A DNA stretch of 62,000 bases, from NCBI GenBank assembly GCA_013239625.1, contig MU053431.1:620001-682000 (forward strand), read 5' to 3'. Below the pieces are notes generated by a model, which made no database searches, was not told the DNA's origin, and saw nothing but the letters and a program-made list of their open reading frames with translations. Below, one piece after another: positions 23,150-36,575 of the stretch (positions are counted from its first letter, which is position 1; every line of letters begins with the position of its first letter). Both the position numbers and the translations under genes were made by a program. The DNA is from Lama guanicoe (lineage: Eukaryota).

Positions 23150-23700
23150 CATCCTCTCTGTCCAAGCCAGGAGAGGAAACCCTGGGCACCACCTTCTGTG
23201 CCACCTGGGCTGGGACAGGAGGGAAGCGGGCAGGGCACGGCCATTCAAGGAATGGCAGCAGTTAGCACCAAGACAGCGGAGATTCAACTCCCAGCTGACC
23301 TTGAGCTTCATTACACGCTCGTTGTAATATATTAACATGCAAATGGCCCTCCCACAGGCGCCATGACAGCGCCAAGGACGACCAGAGAAGGTCAAAGGTG
23401 GGCGGTGGCCCAGCTGCTGGGAGTCGCCGCACCTCCCCCAAAGTGGCTGTAATAGTCCTCCCGCGGGTCAGCACACGAGGCTCCTGGGCCCAGAAAACTA
23501 ACAGCCCCGTGGCCGCTGCCCCTTCTGAGTGAGGCCCTCCCTCTGACTGTGGAGCGTGCATCTCTCTGAGTAAATCTACCCTTACTCAACAGTGGCTCGC
23601 TCTTGAGTTCTTTCCTGTGCGAAGCCAAGGAGCCACACTTGGCGGAGAGTGTCCCAGGGACTCACCTGAGGCCTGGGACACAGCCATCCTCTCACACCCA
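23150..23700 (+). mobile_element. ERV1 solo LTR, MER41-like
   Basis: 'acatgcaaatggccctcccacaggcgccatgacag' and 3' 'agtaaa...gctcgctcttgagttctttcctgtgcgaagccaaggagcc' resemble the recalled MER41 family. Ends are approximate. Confidence 0.6.
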
Positions 23701-26389
23701 CTTCCCTGTGTCATCTTTCCTCTTCCCTCCTGTCTCCGGGGGACATGGGCGTGGGGGCACTAGACCAGGATGGGAGGCACTGTGCCAGGGGGCTTCCACG
23801 CCCCCCAGGGGCCCAGCTGCCGGTACTGCCCGCGGGCTACAGCCCGGGGCCCTCAGACCCGTGCCCTGTCCCCAGGGTGAAGCGCGTCTGTCTCCCTCCC
23901 TCTGTGCCTCTCTCCTACCTCCTCCTCCCTTCCTTCCTTCCCCTCCCCCCGAAATCATCCTTCTCTGCCCTCATCTCAGGCCGCCCCACAAGCCGGATCA
24001 GATGCTCTGACTTTGGTGCTGAATCAGTGGTGATGTTGTCCCCAGGCCACTTCTGCTCCCCGGGGGAGACCCAGGGGCTGGCTTTCTTCCCGGGCCATGG
24101 ATGTGCTGTCAGCTGCAAGGACCATGGAGCACACCCACAGAGGAACACGCCGGCTTGTCACCTGCTGCAGCAAGGGACACCACGCACCCTGGGGAGTCAG
24201 GACATCTCATTTCAAGGGTGACTGGAGGAACCTGGTGGGGCTGGGGGTGTGAGGAGACCCCCGAGGAAGTGGGATCTCGCTCTGACTTGGGGGTGGTCGG
24301 ACAGGGGCGGGTCTGTGATGGCGGAGGTCTCAGGCGGTCGTGCCTACAGGAGGGAAGTCCGGGGAGAGGATGAAGCTGTGTGCGGAGAGCGGCAGCCACC
24401 CTCGGTCATGGGGCCCGAGCTCTGTCACCTCCCCGAGAGCCTTCATGTCCAGCTTGTGTTTGACAGCAGAGCGACATGGCTCGCCTGTAAGCATCACACC
24501 GGTTTGTCACAACAGTGAGGTCAGATCCGTCCCGAACGTCAGCGACTGCTACCTCCCCCTTTCAGACACAAGAAGGGAGAATTCCAGAACTAAAGCACAC
24601 CTTAACACCCCACTAAGATTGTCTGCCTTCAGTGCTCTTAACCGCTCTGCAGGTTGATGGCAGGCACCGTCCCCATCCTCAGGCCCTGTGCTGGTTCTCA
24701 TGCAGACGGAGTGTTTTAAGAGCAGGAAAATTAAAAGCAGCTCCTTGGCTCAACCCCAAGGCTGACAAGTAGCCTGGGAGTCGGGGAGGCTCACGTCCCC
24801 GCGAGCGCCTGGTGTCTCACCCCCCATGTAGCCGGGACAACAGCCCAGGCGCCTGGTCGCCTGGCACTGGGCATGAGAGCTGGGCCTCCTGCTTCGAGCC
24901 CTGTCTCTGCATTCTCTCTGGGGCTGTCGTATCTGCAGGCAAAACCCTGGACGGAGCGTTGAGGGCCGGCCCTGCGGTCACTCCAGCATCCTCTGTCCAG
25001 AACCCGGGTCCTTGCTGCCCTGAGATGTTTCCCTTTCTTCACTCTGTTGACTCCTGCTCCTCTCTCATATGTTAATTCAAGGTGTCACCTCCTCCAGGAG
25101 GCCCTCCACAACCCCCGAGTCTCACAGCCTCTGGGGTCAGACGGCCGATCCCTGGAGAGCAGGGCAGCCTCCTCCCTCCAGCAGCGGTTCCCCTGAGGCC
25201 GCAGGGCTGGGAGCCACCCGGGCCCTGCAGGAGGAGGATGAGGACCCACCTCTGCACTGGGAGGACCCCCAGCCTGCACCCCCTGCTTCTGCCCCTTTCA
25301 GTTCACAGAGGGGAGCACAGGCCATGGGAAAGTGAAGCCAAATGAATCCTACGAGTAAACCACAGGCGATGAATGAACCGCACACGGAAACCGCAGGGGA
25401 TGAGCCTGTAGGCACTTGGACACACCCTGGGCTGGCTCCCCGGTGACAAAGGACGGCCTCTGTGTGTCTTCCTGGGACCACGGCCCCTGCGGGGAGATGG
25501 CAGCCCAGGGCCTGCTCCCACCCTCAATCCATCCCACGTGCATGTCCGAGAGCCCCCACAGAGGCCCAGGCTCCTGGCCACTGTCCCAGTAACAGGCCCC
25601 ACCCTCCCCAGAGAATCGCCACCTGCTGGGCTGTCCATCAGGTGACCGGCCAGCCCCACCTGCGGGGTAAGCGTGGCCCCAGGCAGAACCCTGGCCCCGG
25701 CCCTGCCTCCACCACCTTCAGTCTGAGACTTCAGGGCCCTGGGGCCACAGCGACGACCACAGCGGGGAGGGCCGAGCACGAGGGAGGGGAAGAAGCAGCC
25801 TGGGACCCTCGCTGGCCACCTCTGCCTGATTCGTCCCTCTAGACTTTTCCGTTGAAAATGCCAGTGAGTGCTGAGAAGGGGCGGTGACGGGGGGAGAGAG
25901 CGAGAGAGAGTCATTTCAGCAGCTTCGTCAACCAGGTGTGACCCTGGGGAGGAAGCTGCCTCCGACTCCTGATTGCCGAGCTCACGTTGAAAGAGGAGAC
26001 CTCTGCTCAGTACCGGGGGGGGGGGACCCAGCAGCCCCTTCCCGATGGGCCAGGACTGGCCGCCACGAAGAGACCCAGACGGACCGTCCGCAGTGGCTCC
26101 TCCAAATGGCGCGTCTTCCTTTGGGTCCAGGGCACCCGTTCCAACTCAGTAGCAAGCACGATCTTCTGTCTGAAAGTCAGAGAGGCCGGGGTTCCAGTGC
26201 CTCCCAGCAACGGGCCTGGAAACCCCGGACGGGGGCCCGTGCCGGTGTGTTTCACCCCATCCGTGCTCTGGGCTGTCCCCTCCTGCGGCTGAGCAGGGGT
26301 CACTACTGCAATAGCAGGTAATCATGCACAGTTACCATGGTAGTAATTCAGTTATTCAGTGTGGGGTGAAGACCCCTGCTCCCGGAGGG

Positions 26390-28110
26390 CACCGATGTTT
26401 AAGGATCTGAGCGTTCCGAATGACACTTTGCAGAAGATATTTCGGTGTTAGGGTCACACGTGGACGCCCCCTGCGTTAGTCTGTCGCCTTGTCCCTGTGA
26501 TAACAACGTGCCTGAAGCCCGCCGCTCCGGGCGCGAGGGGACGAGGGGATGAGTCTTGAGGACTTTGTTGATTTTGATTTTCTCTTCGTGTCCTGAGACT
26601 TGGCTCCCGGCGCCTCCTGGGGGCTTCCTTCCCGACTTGCCGTGTTTGCTCCTGACTCAATCCCCGCCCTGTTCCTGTGCTTCCGGGACGGAGCGCCTGC
26701 CCTCTGCGTTAAGGCGCGCTCCCCGGCCCCGCCGGGCCACCACGTGAGCCCGCCCTGGAGCGTGGGGCCCGGGCCCGCACCCCTCCGGCGCCCCAGCCGG
26801 TCCTGCGGTGCCTGCGCAGGGGCAGCTCAGACGGCAGCTTGCTCGGCACGCCGCGGGCCTTCCAGCCGGCAGGGGCGCCGGCTGCGCAGGCCTCCAGGAG
26901 GCGTCTGACACGAGGGGCTGCGCACTTGCCGATGAAAACCGCAGCCCTGCCGGTGGCTGGTGGCTGTCCTCGCCCAGGCGTTGTTACCGTGAATGGACGC
27001 TGGATCCCGCCAAATGCTTTCCCTAGATCTATGGCTACGGTCTTTCCGTTTTCCCTCTTTGGCCTGTTGAGGCGACGGAGACATGAGCTGGCCTCGAGCG
27101 CTGAGCCAGCCCAGCATGCTGGGACAAATCCCACCTGGTCACGGTGTGGAACGCATTCCAGGCACCGCTGGATTCACTTTGCTGCTGTTTTGCTGAGGAC
27201 GGCCGCATCCCCGTTCCCGGGAGGCCTTGGCCAGCCGTTTTCCTCCCTTGCAGTGTCCTCGCCTGGATTTGGTGTGAGGGTACTGGTGGCCTCCCAGGAC
27301 GGGTTAGGGAGCGTCCCCTCTGCTTCCGGAAGCGATCGCAGAGACCTGGCCTAACTTCTTCCTCAGGTACTCGGTGGCGCCTGCCGGTGAGCCCGTCTTG
27401 CCCTGGTGCTAACTTTTTTTGGGAAGTTATTAATTATTAATTCAATTTATTTTACAAACTACCTGTCTATCCTTCTGTGAGTTTTGGGAGCCTGGGTCTC
27501 TCGAGGGGTCGGTCCATTGTGTTGAAATTATCGCACTTGTGGGCGTAGAGTTGCTCAAGAATTCTTTCCTTGCCCTTTACCGTCTGTGGGGTCAGGAATA
27601 ACGATCCTTCTTTCGTTTCTGGCGTCACTGTCCTTAGCGTGGGCGTCCTGGCCAGAGACGTGCCCTTTCATTAACCTTTTCAAAACAACTGCCTTGGATT
27701 TGGTTGGTTTTCTCCGTTGCCCCGTTGTGAATTCTACCCGCGTCTGCTTCAGTTCGCATTGCTTCCCTCTGCCCGCTTTCAGCTCGGACTGCTCTCCTTT
27801 CTCTGGTTTCTTGAGGTGGAAGCTCGGACGCCTGGCTCTCTGTCTTGCTTCCCCCGCGTGTTCACTCGCCGCTACGCGTTTTCCTCTAAGCACGGCTTTC
27901 TCTGTATTCCACAAAGTTTGATGTTACAGTTTTAATTCCATTTTGTTTAAAATACATATTTTTAAGCTTCTCTTGGGAGTTCTTCTTTGACCCATGTGTT
28001 CTTCAGAAATGCGTTGTTTAGTCTCCAGAGTTTGGGTTTTCCCAGGTGATGCTCTAGGCAGCCCGCGTGTTGCTGGTGTCCATTCAGGGACACTGGCCAC
28101 TCCGTGTAGC
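26390..28110 (-). mobile_element. Old L1 ORF2 (linker to RT) remnant, GC-shifted and non-coding
   Basis: Minus-strand peptides 'LWRLNNAFLKNTWVKEE', 'WNTEKAVLRGK...SFHLKKPEKGEQ' and 'AIDLGKAFGGIQRPF' match L1 ORF2 (WRLNN.LLNNQWV.EE; WD.AKAVLRGK; SIDAEKAFDKIQHPF) in different frames. Confidence 0.9.
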
Positions 28111-29619
28111 TCATGGACACGGCACCACAGCATCCCCAGTGAGTGCAGACCCTGCCCCAGCCAAGGCTGCAGCCAGGAAGACGGACCCTGTGACCGCCCA
28201 CCGCTCAGGGACCACCCTCACCACCCTCAGCGCTTCGCAGGCCCCTGTCCAGGCAGAGAACATGGCAGCCTTGCTCAGGCTGGGTGTGTTCTCCATACGA
28301 GGTGCAGCCTCTGCTTTTCTCTAAGAAAGTGGAGCGGAGGGTTCCAACTCCGAGAGCAAGGCCGGCAGATGCAGGCGGCTCTCTGGCCTCCCCTGGCCCG
28401 TCACCACCCTCAGGACCCTGCTTTCCACTCCACCTCTGACCCCAGGCCCTCCGCGGGTAAACCGGTCCCTCTGCCCAGGTGCACCCCGTCCCCACCCAGA
28501 CCCCGCAGCCGCAAGGAAGGCGCCTCCGTTTCCCTCCCACGGGGCCAGGACAAGACTGGACCTGAGTGGCATTGTGTAAAGAGACCATGGCGCCCTGGGT
28601 TCCTTCAGGACGGCACCACCGGCTCCCGGGTGAGCGAGCGGCCCCCCCGCGTCGGGTTGGAGTCATCTGTCGAAAACGCTGACATTGAACTGTGAGGTTG
28701 TTTGTTTAAACCCGGCTGGGAAAAAGGCCAGATCAGAGTGGACTTACCCCACTTCTCTGCTCCTTTAAGTCACGCAGGGTGATTACAACGCCCCCCCACT
28801 CAGAAGGGTTCCGTCCCCCAGACCTGGATTCTGTTGGCATCTTGAAGGAAGTTGGGGCAGCCCTGCTCCCTCAGAGGTGACCGTGGCTGGTGGAGGTGAA
28901 GGCATAGACTCATGAAGCACCAGGAGCCCCTGTGCCGTCGGGCGCTGCCCGGGCCGATGTGCAGTCAGCCTGGCTGCAGGAGGGAGTGGAAGCCGCTGTC
29001 CCGGCCTGCAGGTCCCTCCTCCCTCCTCCAGCTGCCAGGCCTCCCGGAGCTCCCGCTCCCAGGCTCCAGTACCCGGGGGAGGTTGGCCCCGGGGGAGCCC
29101 CAAGCCCCATCCTGCTCCTGCCCCGAAGCCTCACCTTGACTGGCCAGGCCGGACAGGCTGTGCTGCCCGCCCTGTTCCCCAGCAGCCTCCTTGCCACCAT
29201 GCTGCCAAGGGACCTTGCTAAGTACCCCCGAACACTCCACAAATATCCTTTCAAAACCATCCCACCAATGCAACGGGCTGCCAGTGTCCAAAGGGGCGTG
29301 GCCCGGGCAGCAAGGAGACGGGTCACATGACAAGGGGGACTGTGGAAGGAACTGGATGTGTTCTGCCAGATGTGGGGATGTTTCTTCAGGAAGAGCAGGA
29401 CAGGTCCTCACGGGCCCAGGAGGCTGAGGGTCTGGGTACAAGACGCTCGAAGGGGACAGTGCTCAGGCTGATGTGCAGAAGGAGAAAGTTAGAGGGTGGC
29501 CCTGTGATGTGGGCAAACGGTCACCAGAGGTGTTCATCCGGAGCTGGGGGACCCAGGCGGGGTGCAGAAAAGGAGCTTCTACTCTCATGCATGTGTCCAG
29601 CAGACCACCAGCTACAGAG

Positions 29620-29810
29620 AAAAGGGCTTCTCCTGAACAACGTCCCTTGGGAAACACTACACAGCCCCCTCCGCCCTCCCTGGAAGGTTTGCAATTCACG
29701 TGCCAGCTCGAGAAAGGCTCTGAGAAGTCCTGCAATAAGCAGACGTGGTTCCCTTGCATTACACTTGGTTGATACCAAATATACTCAACCAGAACACTTC
29801 TATTACGATG
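29620..29810 (+). mobile_element. hAT-Charlie MER (MER112-like) fragment
   Basis: 'aaaggctctgagaagtcctgcaataag' and 'ccaaatatactcaaccagaacac'. Confidence 0.45.
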
Positions 29811-32800
29811 GAAGCTCTCTTCCGGTCTCGCAGCATTGGTGACGGCAGTGTCCAGTTAAGATGCTGGTCTGCAGGGGTTAAGCAGGACGTGGGGACCAGG
29901 AGGTGAAGGGTAAGACAGCCTTCTCGGGGTCCAGAGCAGAGTGCAGCATCTCAGCCCTCCTCGGGACCTGTGCATCCAAAGACATTTGTTTGAGAAAGAC
30001 TGGAAAGAGGACAGGGCAGGATGAGGGGGACCTGGGGGGAGCTTGGGGGTTGGGTTGAGCCGCTGTCTGAAGGGCTGCGGCGCATCAGTGCCCGGGTGCT
30101 TCTCACCCTGGGTGGGCTCCGTGGGAATTCCGTCAGCGAGGTTTCCAGAGCCTCTTCCCCGCACAGCAGCACATTCCCAGAGAAGGGGCTTGGTCGGTGG
30201 GGGGGGCTGGCTCTGCGAGTGTGTTTCAGCAGAGGCTGGCTTTCTGTCCCGGGAAACCTTGGCAATTTAAAGAGGCAATTGCTTCTTGGGCTCACCCTGC
30301 GAAACTGGAACGAGTAGAACCCACAGCCTCCGTCGAAGGTGCTCTGGGGAACTGGATACAATTCAAGAAAGGCTTATTGTGGGCAACATCACTATTTGTC
30401 CCATTAGAAAGTGTGGTGTGAACATCAGTTACGTCGTTGACAAGCTGTTCAGGCCCTCCGGGGCTAATCCAGTTATGAAGGCAGGTCACTCGCGCTGACA
30501 AAGTGCACTGCAAAGAGCTTCCGGGGGAAGCCCTCGCCCCTGGCCCGCAATCCTCTCCCGGGGCTCCAAGTTCAAGTCCTGAAGTGACCGCGTCTCCGCC
30601 TGACCTGGTTTCCTCTCTCTCCCCCACCCCGTCTCGTTAAGTCTTCCCAGCACACTCGCCAATGCAAATCATCCACTTATGTTCTCGCACAAAATCCAAT
30701 TGCCAATTTGTCTTTTTATTTCTTACACTTAAAGTGATTTGCCTTCAAATAATCTTGGGTGAATTGTTCATTTTACAACCGCAGGAAGCGACTGGTTCGT
30801 CCAGGGAGCCGCTAAGTTTGCAATCATCACCAAAGAACTCGAACGCTCCCTGCGTGACTGTGCAGCAGCCAAGGGGCTTCGGGGGCGGGGGCTCACAGCC
30901 AGGCAGCACAGCGCTTCCCCTGCCGCTGCCCCGGGGCCACTGCGAGGCCAAGGCCGAGGGCTCCTCCTCGGCCTTCGGGAGGGGCTGGAGGCGAGACTGC
31001 GCGGGATCTGCAGGTGCGGTGCGCACACCGGCTCCTCTCCAGGAAGGCGCTCACTGGCTCTAATCGCCTCGCTGGCTCTGGCCTTTGTCCACGACGGAGG
31101 TGGGTCTGGGCCTCTTCATCCCTGGTGGAATTAGATGTGAGTGAGTTCCCGAGGTGGGAGGTGGTTCAGGAAAGACCAGCCACCCCTTTCTCTTCCACCC
31201 CTACCTTTCTGGAAAGTCCTCTTCCTGCCTGCGTGTGGGCTCTGCATGGGTCAGCGGGCAGGCCCAGCTCACAGCGGCCACCTGCCTAAACCCCCAAAGC
31301 TTCTGCGTCCTCCTTCACCAGAGAGTCTCGCTTTGCTTTTTCGCGTCTCAGCAATCCGAGCGCCTCAAAGCTGCAGAAAGCGAGAGGATGCCTGGGCTGG
31401 GCCTCAGGTGATGCTGTCCAGACACCTCCGTGGGGAGCACAGGGTGGGGGGCGGGCTGCCTCTCTTCCTCCTCCAGCGGGCTCAGCCAGGATTTATCTTC
31501 TCAAAAAACATGAGGGCACCCTGTGCCCTTCCAACAGCCACAGCTTCCCTCTGGGGGGACCTAGGGCACAGGAGGGAGGGAGGGGTTTTAAGGTGGAGAT
31601 GCCGTGATAACTTCCGGTCAAGGCGTGCGTGGCCGAGACCCCTCAGCTGAGAAGACAGAACAAAAGAGCACACGGTGGAATTCAATTGGCCGTTAGAGCT
31701 GCTGGTCTGCAGCTGGCCATCTTGAGCTCATCTTTCAGAAAAGGAACATTGATCGGAAGCCTGGAAGCAGGCGACTTGTGGGGACAGGTCCTGCCGGGAA
31801 CCTGGGGCCAGGGCCGGCGCAGACCTCCCATAGCCACGGGGACACTGGAAAAGCAGGATGCGATATTCATTGTCATAAAAGGCGAGACTGAAGTCTTAGC
31901 ATAAAATGTATGTCTGCATAAAAGCACTTGACAACAAATCAATAAACAAGGGGTTGCTTATCTGGAGCTGCCTTTTTTATTGTTTTTTTTTTTGTTTGAA
32001 TCAAGATAGTGCTCAAAAAAGAACGATGACCCCTAGAAGGCAGGTCAGGGAGGGCAGCCTAATGTGCCGAGGAAGGAGGCAAGTGGGTACCACTCGCCTA
32101 AATTTAAAAAAATTAAAACATAAGCGTTCCACTCGCCCGCCGCCCGCAGAGAGAAAGCAAGGCTGAAGGACAGTTCCCGCGTTGCCGCGGGGGTGCGGCC
32201 GGCCCCGGAGGTTGGTGGCGGCCTGCAGGCATGCAGCAGAGAAGGGCCAGAGCCTCTGGAGTTTTGCAAAACAGAAGACAGACAAACAAACAAAAGCAAA
32301 CAGGATGCATATGCACTTTCTTAAGTAGCCACCCTGGGCCCCGTGTTTGGCTCCGTTCCTGGCATTTTCACATCCTCGTTATTTCATGGGCTCCTCGCAG
32401 AAACGCCCGAGGAGACAGCATGATACTCCTTTGACAAATAAGAAAGCTCAGACCACGCGTCCTCCGGGAAAGCCTCCCCTTCCTGCCTGGGGACACCAGC
32501 GGGGAACCCCCCAGACCCCAGGATGCTTTCACAGGCTCCTTTGTTTTCCACTCCTCATCGCCTTCTGCCGCCCCCTCAATTTCAGCTCTCCTGAATGACG
32601 GAACCTGGCAGGTGGATCACAGATGTGCTCAGCAGCACTTCTCGAAGGAACGAGTGACGGAATGAACGAAGGCCTGCCCCGAGTCGGGCCTCGTGCTGGG
32701 GGAGCAGCTGGAGGGTAAACACCTAAGCCTGTAGAGGGGGGTACCTGTGACAAAAGGGGACGTCAAGGTCTGATGCAGGACATGGGGCCAGGGCGGGAGG

Positions 32801-34386
32801 AAGCCAGCCTGGGGGCTCAGGACGGGGAGTGGGGATTTGAGGAGCAGCAGGAGGGGGCAGGTGGGGAGGCTGACCTGCACAAGGTAGTGGCTTCCCCAGG
32901 GCTGCTCTGCAGAGACGAGCGACCGGGTGTCTTCACATCTTTAACCGAAGAGAAAGGCCGCCTTCACGTGAGCCCGGGGCGACCACCTGCCTCCACACCA
33001 TCACTCCGGTCCCGGCCAGCAGGGGCCTGCGCGCTCCGGGTAGATCCAGAGCCGGTGCGAGGAGCCCGGGGCGCGGGGCCAGGCCCCCTGCCGGCCGGGC
33101 GGCGTCTTCAGCCCGAAGCCTCGGCGGTCTGTCACTAATGACCGTTTGCTACCGCTCAGTGTCTGCTGTGTGTACGCACACTCCCAGAGCAGGTTGTGCG
33201 CAGTGTTTACGTGGAAGGAGAGTGTCTGTGTCGTCACTGATAGGACTTTAATTTCCATGCGGTTTCAACAGCAAATGTGCAAATGGCTCTTCTTAGTATT
33301 ACTGAGTCTTAGTTATTTCTAGGGGGCGAAATGTTTTCCTCTGACCACCTGCCCCCGGTCTGGAGTGGAGTTAAAGCAAATCCAGATGGACCAGGACCGG
33401 AGAAACGTGCTGCGGATGGAGCTGCATCTCCCGGATCCTCCCGCTCCCAGGAGCCCTGACCCCGTGGCGGAGGCTGAAGGGTACACCTGCCACCCCCGCG
33501 TCTTGGTGTAGGTGTGAGCACCCCGTGCTACGTCGGACGGAGCGGGGACCACTTACTGGGAAACAATGAGATCCGTCTCCCGTGGTGGGGGTCCGAGTCT
33601 TCCGTCTGTGGGCTCCAAGGCTGGCCGCGCCTGAGGGCTGGGCAGCGACTCCGTGCTTCCTGGAGGCATGTAGAGCCCGGACCCAAATGCTGCTGCCGCG
33701 TCCACCCCCAGAACAGGACGGTGACTAAAGGGTTCTGGGGAAACATGGATCCCTAAAGATCTCGCGGGAGCCGACGTGGCAGCCTTCTCTGGCCACCTTG
33801 AAAAAGAAAGAAGAAACAAAGGTGAAGACAGCGGCTGTCACTCACCTGCAGACCTGCAGAGAGAGGTGACCGAGCTCTGCCCACCCCCGGAGAGCTCAGA
33901 ACTCGTTAGGACGACAGGAATAATACAAATGAGCTGTGCTCATCAGTGACGCTGTCTTAAACATCACTTTCTTAAAAACCAAGAGATCAGACTTGGGGTC
34001 AGCAGGACCTCAATCCGGCCTCCTCGCTTCAGATCTCAGCGCTCCTTCGCCTCCCATATCGTCCCGTTCTTATCTGTGCAGTGGACTGACCGATGCTCAT
34101 GGAGTGGGTGTCGGGGCACAAGCTGGTCCTTTCCCTCTTGGAAGGGCCAACCCCACTCCTGATCCACGAAGCCAGGGGGCTGTTGATGGCGGTGTAAGTC
34201 AAGGGAGGCACAAACTGACGGGGCTGCGTGTCCATTCCCAAAGTCCCTGCACAGCGGGACAGAGTGGTCCAGGAGAGGACGCCCAAAGGGAGGCATCCAG
34301 GGAGACAGCCAGGTTTCCACCAGCTGCAAACTGGCCCGTCTCCTGGGCGGGAGGAGGCGGGCAGAGGGGTGTCGGGAGGCTGAGAG

Positions 34387-34697
34387 CAGAGCTCTCTGGC
34401 AGGACCACAAGCGAGTGAGACTTTGTTTTCCAGTAGCCGCATTAAAACAGGCAAAAGAAACAGGCAGTATGAATTTTAATAATGTGGATCAGCTAACCTA
34501 GCATATCCAGACGCCATTGCTGTGACACGCAATCCTCGTAAAAGCATCAACGAGCTATTCCACGAGCCCTTTTTGCACCAGGCCTTCAAACTGGTGCACG
34601 TTTGAGCCCTGCAGCCCCTCACAGTCCGGACGAGTCATACATCTCAGGTATCCCGTTGTGGCCTGTGGTCATTGGCCGCCATACTGGACAGCACACA
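34387..34697 (+). mobile_element. MER33 (hAT-Charlie)
   Basis: 'ttttccagtagccgcattaaaacaggcaaaagaaacagg...aattttaataat' through to the terminus 'tggccgccatactggacagcacac', collinear with recalled MER33. Confidence 0.8.
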
Positions 34698-35784
34698 GGG
34701 GTGCCCAGGCCCTGCATCCGTTGCCTGCAAGTCCTGCAAAGGGCCCGGCCAGCGCGGGGCTGGGGCAGCAGCAGCCTGAACAGCTGGGTCCCCTGGGAGT
34801 CAGTTCCCTGCAGTGTCGACCTCATGGAGGCTCGCGGGTCCCAGCACTGCCAGATTCTGTCTCTGCCCTGGTTGCAGACTGAGGTGCCGTCGGAGGGTCC
34901 CAATGCCCTGTTCCACACAGCAAAAGTCACACGAGGTGGTTTAAACCGTCTGCAGAACACGACGTTTCTAGCACGCCGGCAGTGAACTTTAATGGGGGTC
35001 CATAAAAACTGAACAGACCTCCGAACGAGATGGAATAATTGGTGAGTGACCTTGGTATTTTTAATTAAATCCACAGTGAAATTCAAGAATATGAGACTTT
35101 TATACGGCTGGCCGTGCAAAAGGAAAAATAAAAGGCCGCCATATGGGACCAGGTGAATGCACCAACCTCTCCTCCTGCCCAGCCGATGCTGGGTTGATCT
35201 GGACCAGCTCTTTCCCAGGTGTGGGGTCCAGTAGTGATTCAGTGTGCGATGCCCTGATAGCAGAATCGGTGTCCCGAAGGGCACAAAGGACTTGTCCTGG
35301 ATGTAACTACGTCCCCTCGACCTTCTGGCCTCCCCTTGGAGATTGTGCTGGCAAAGCCCACACGCGCCGGTACAACAACCTGTGAAAGCTTCCGTGCTTC
35401 CCCCGGAGTGGCGGGCCCAGGTGAGCCAGAGGTGTGTGCCTGTGGGGGGAGAGGAGGAAGACGCTGACCATGGGGACTGGCCGGCAGCCTGTTGTCAGTC
35501 AAGCCTGAGAACAGCTTGTTTGACGCAGAGCCCAGCAGGAGTCACAGACTGGCTCACCGGCTCCTTCTTGCAGTAAATCTATCTCAGCATTCCCCTCCAT
35601 CGCAGGAAACGCCCAAACCCCTCACACATCCACTCATCGGACGTTAATCAGGACAACCGTGTACAAACCAAACGCGGCTCCCATCCTACCCTCCCCAACT
35701 TGGCCCCCGGCCCCCAGGCAGGGGTGAGTCATGAGTTCTCTGAACCTGCTAGTCATCTCTTCCCAACTTTTTTCAACCCCTTTT

Positions 35785-35950
35785 CACAAGTACAGTGCAT
35801 CATAATTTTTGTGTGTACTTGTATTATCCCCCCTGCAAGAGCAGAAGACTTTTAAACACAAGGTCTGGTTCATTATCTTTCTGTCTCCTGGGAGTGCCCA
35901 GCACAGAGCCTGAGCAGAGGAGAAATTCATAGCCATTTGTCGAAAGAGTT
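35785..35950 (+). mobile_element. L2 3' end
   Basis: 'gtctggttcattatctttctgtctcctgggagtgcccagcacagagcctg...atttgtcgaa'. Confidence 0.6.
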
Positions 35951-36510
35951 CGTCAGTGCACGTGACTGCCAGTCACTCCTGGCATCGCCCGCAGCCCCGT
36001 GCCTCTCCCGTCTGGTCCTCTCGGGGCTGTGGGGTCTTCCTCTCTCACATTACTTTTCTGTCTTCTCTTGCTTTGCAAGAACCACCATGGAAACTCTCAG
36101 CCAACTGCGGGGCTTGGGCAGGACATTCTAGCAAACTGAAGAGTCATCAGCTAACGTTTTCGTGGTTGCTCTGAGAATCCTCCTTGTTGAGCATATTTCT
36201 AAATACAGACGTGCCCGTCTGTCTCCGGTGCAGTCGTGGAGTGAACGTAACTGAACCCCCCTTGGTGGCTGAGGACAGTTATGTGATGGTTACTTCCCAC
36301 GACACGTGTTTTCTCAGGGCATCCCTGCCCCCGCTCAATGCCGTTGGGACTCAGCCTCCTACGAACTTCTCCTACAGCATCGCACGGCTGTCAGGAGCAT
36401 CTTACCCTAAATGTAAGGCAATGGTCACCATCCCATTTCAGTCCAATGTGCTACAGAAGGTGGAGTGGGGCCTGCCAAATTAAAGGCCAAAATAATCCAG
36501 CACGTACCAT

Positions 36511-36575
36511 TCACACGCATATACACACACGTGCACACACATGCACTCACACACACATGCACCCTGCACACACCC
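36511..36575 (+). repeat. Degenerate (CA)n microsatellite
   Basis: 'cacacgcatatacacacacgtgcacacacatgcactcacacacacatgcac'. Confidence 0.8.
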
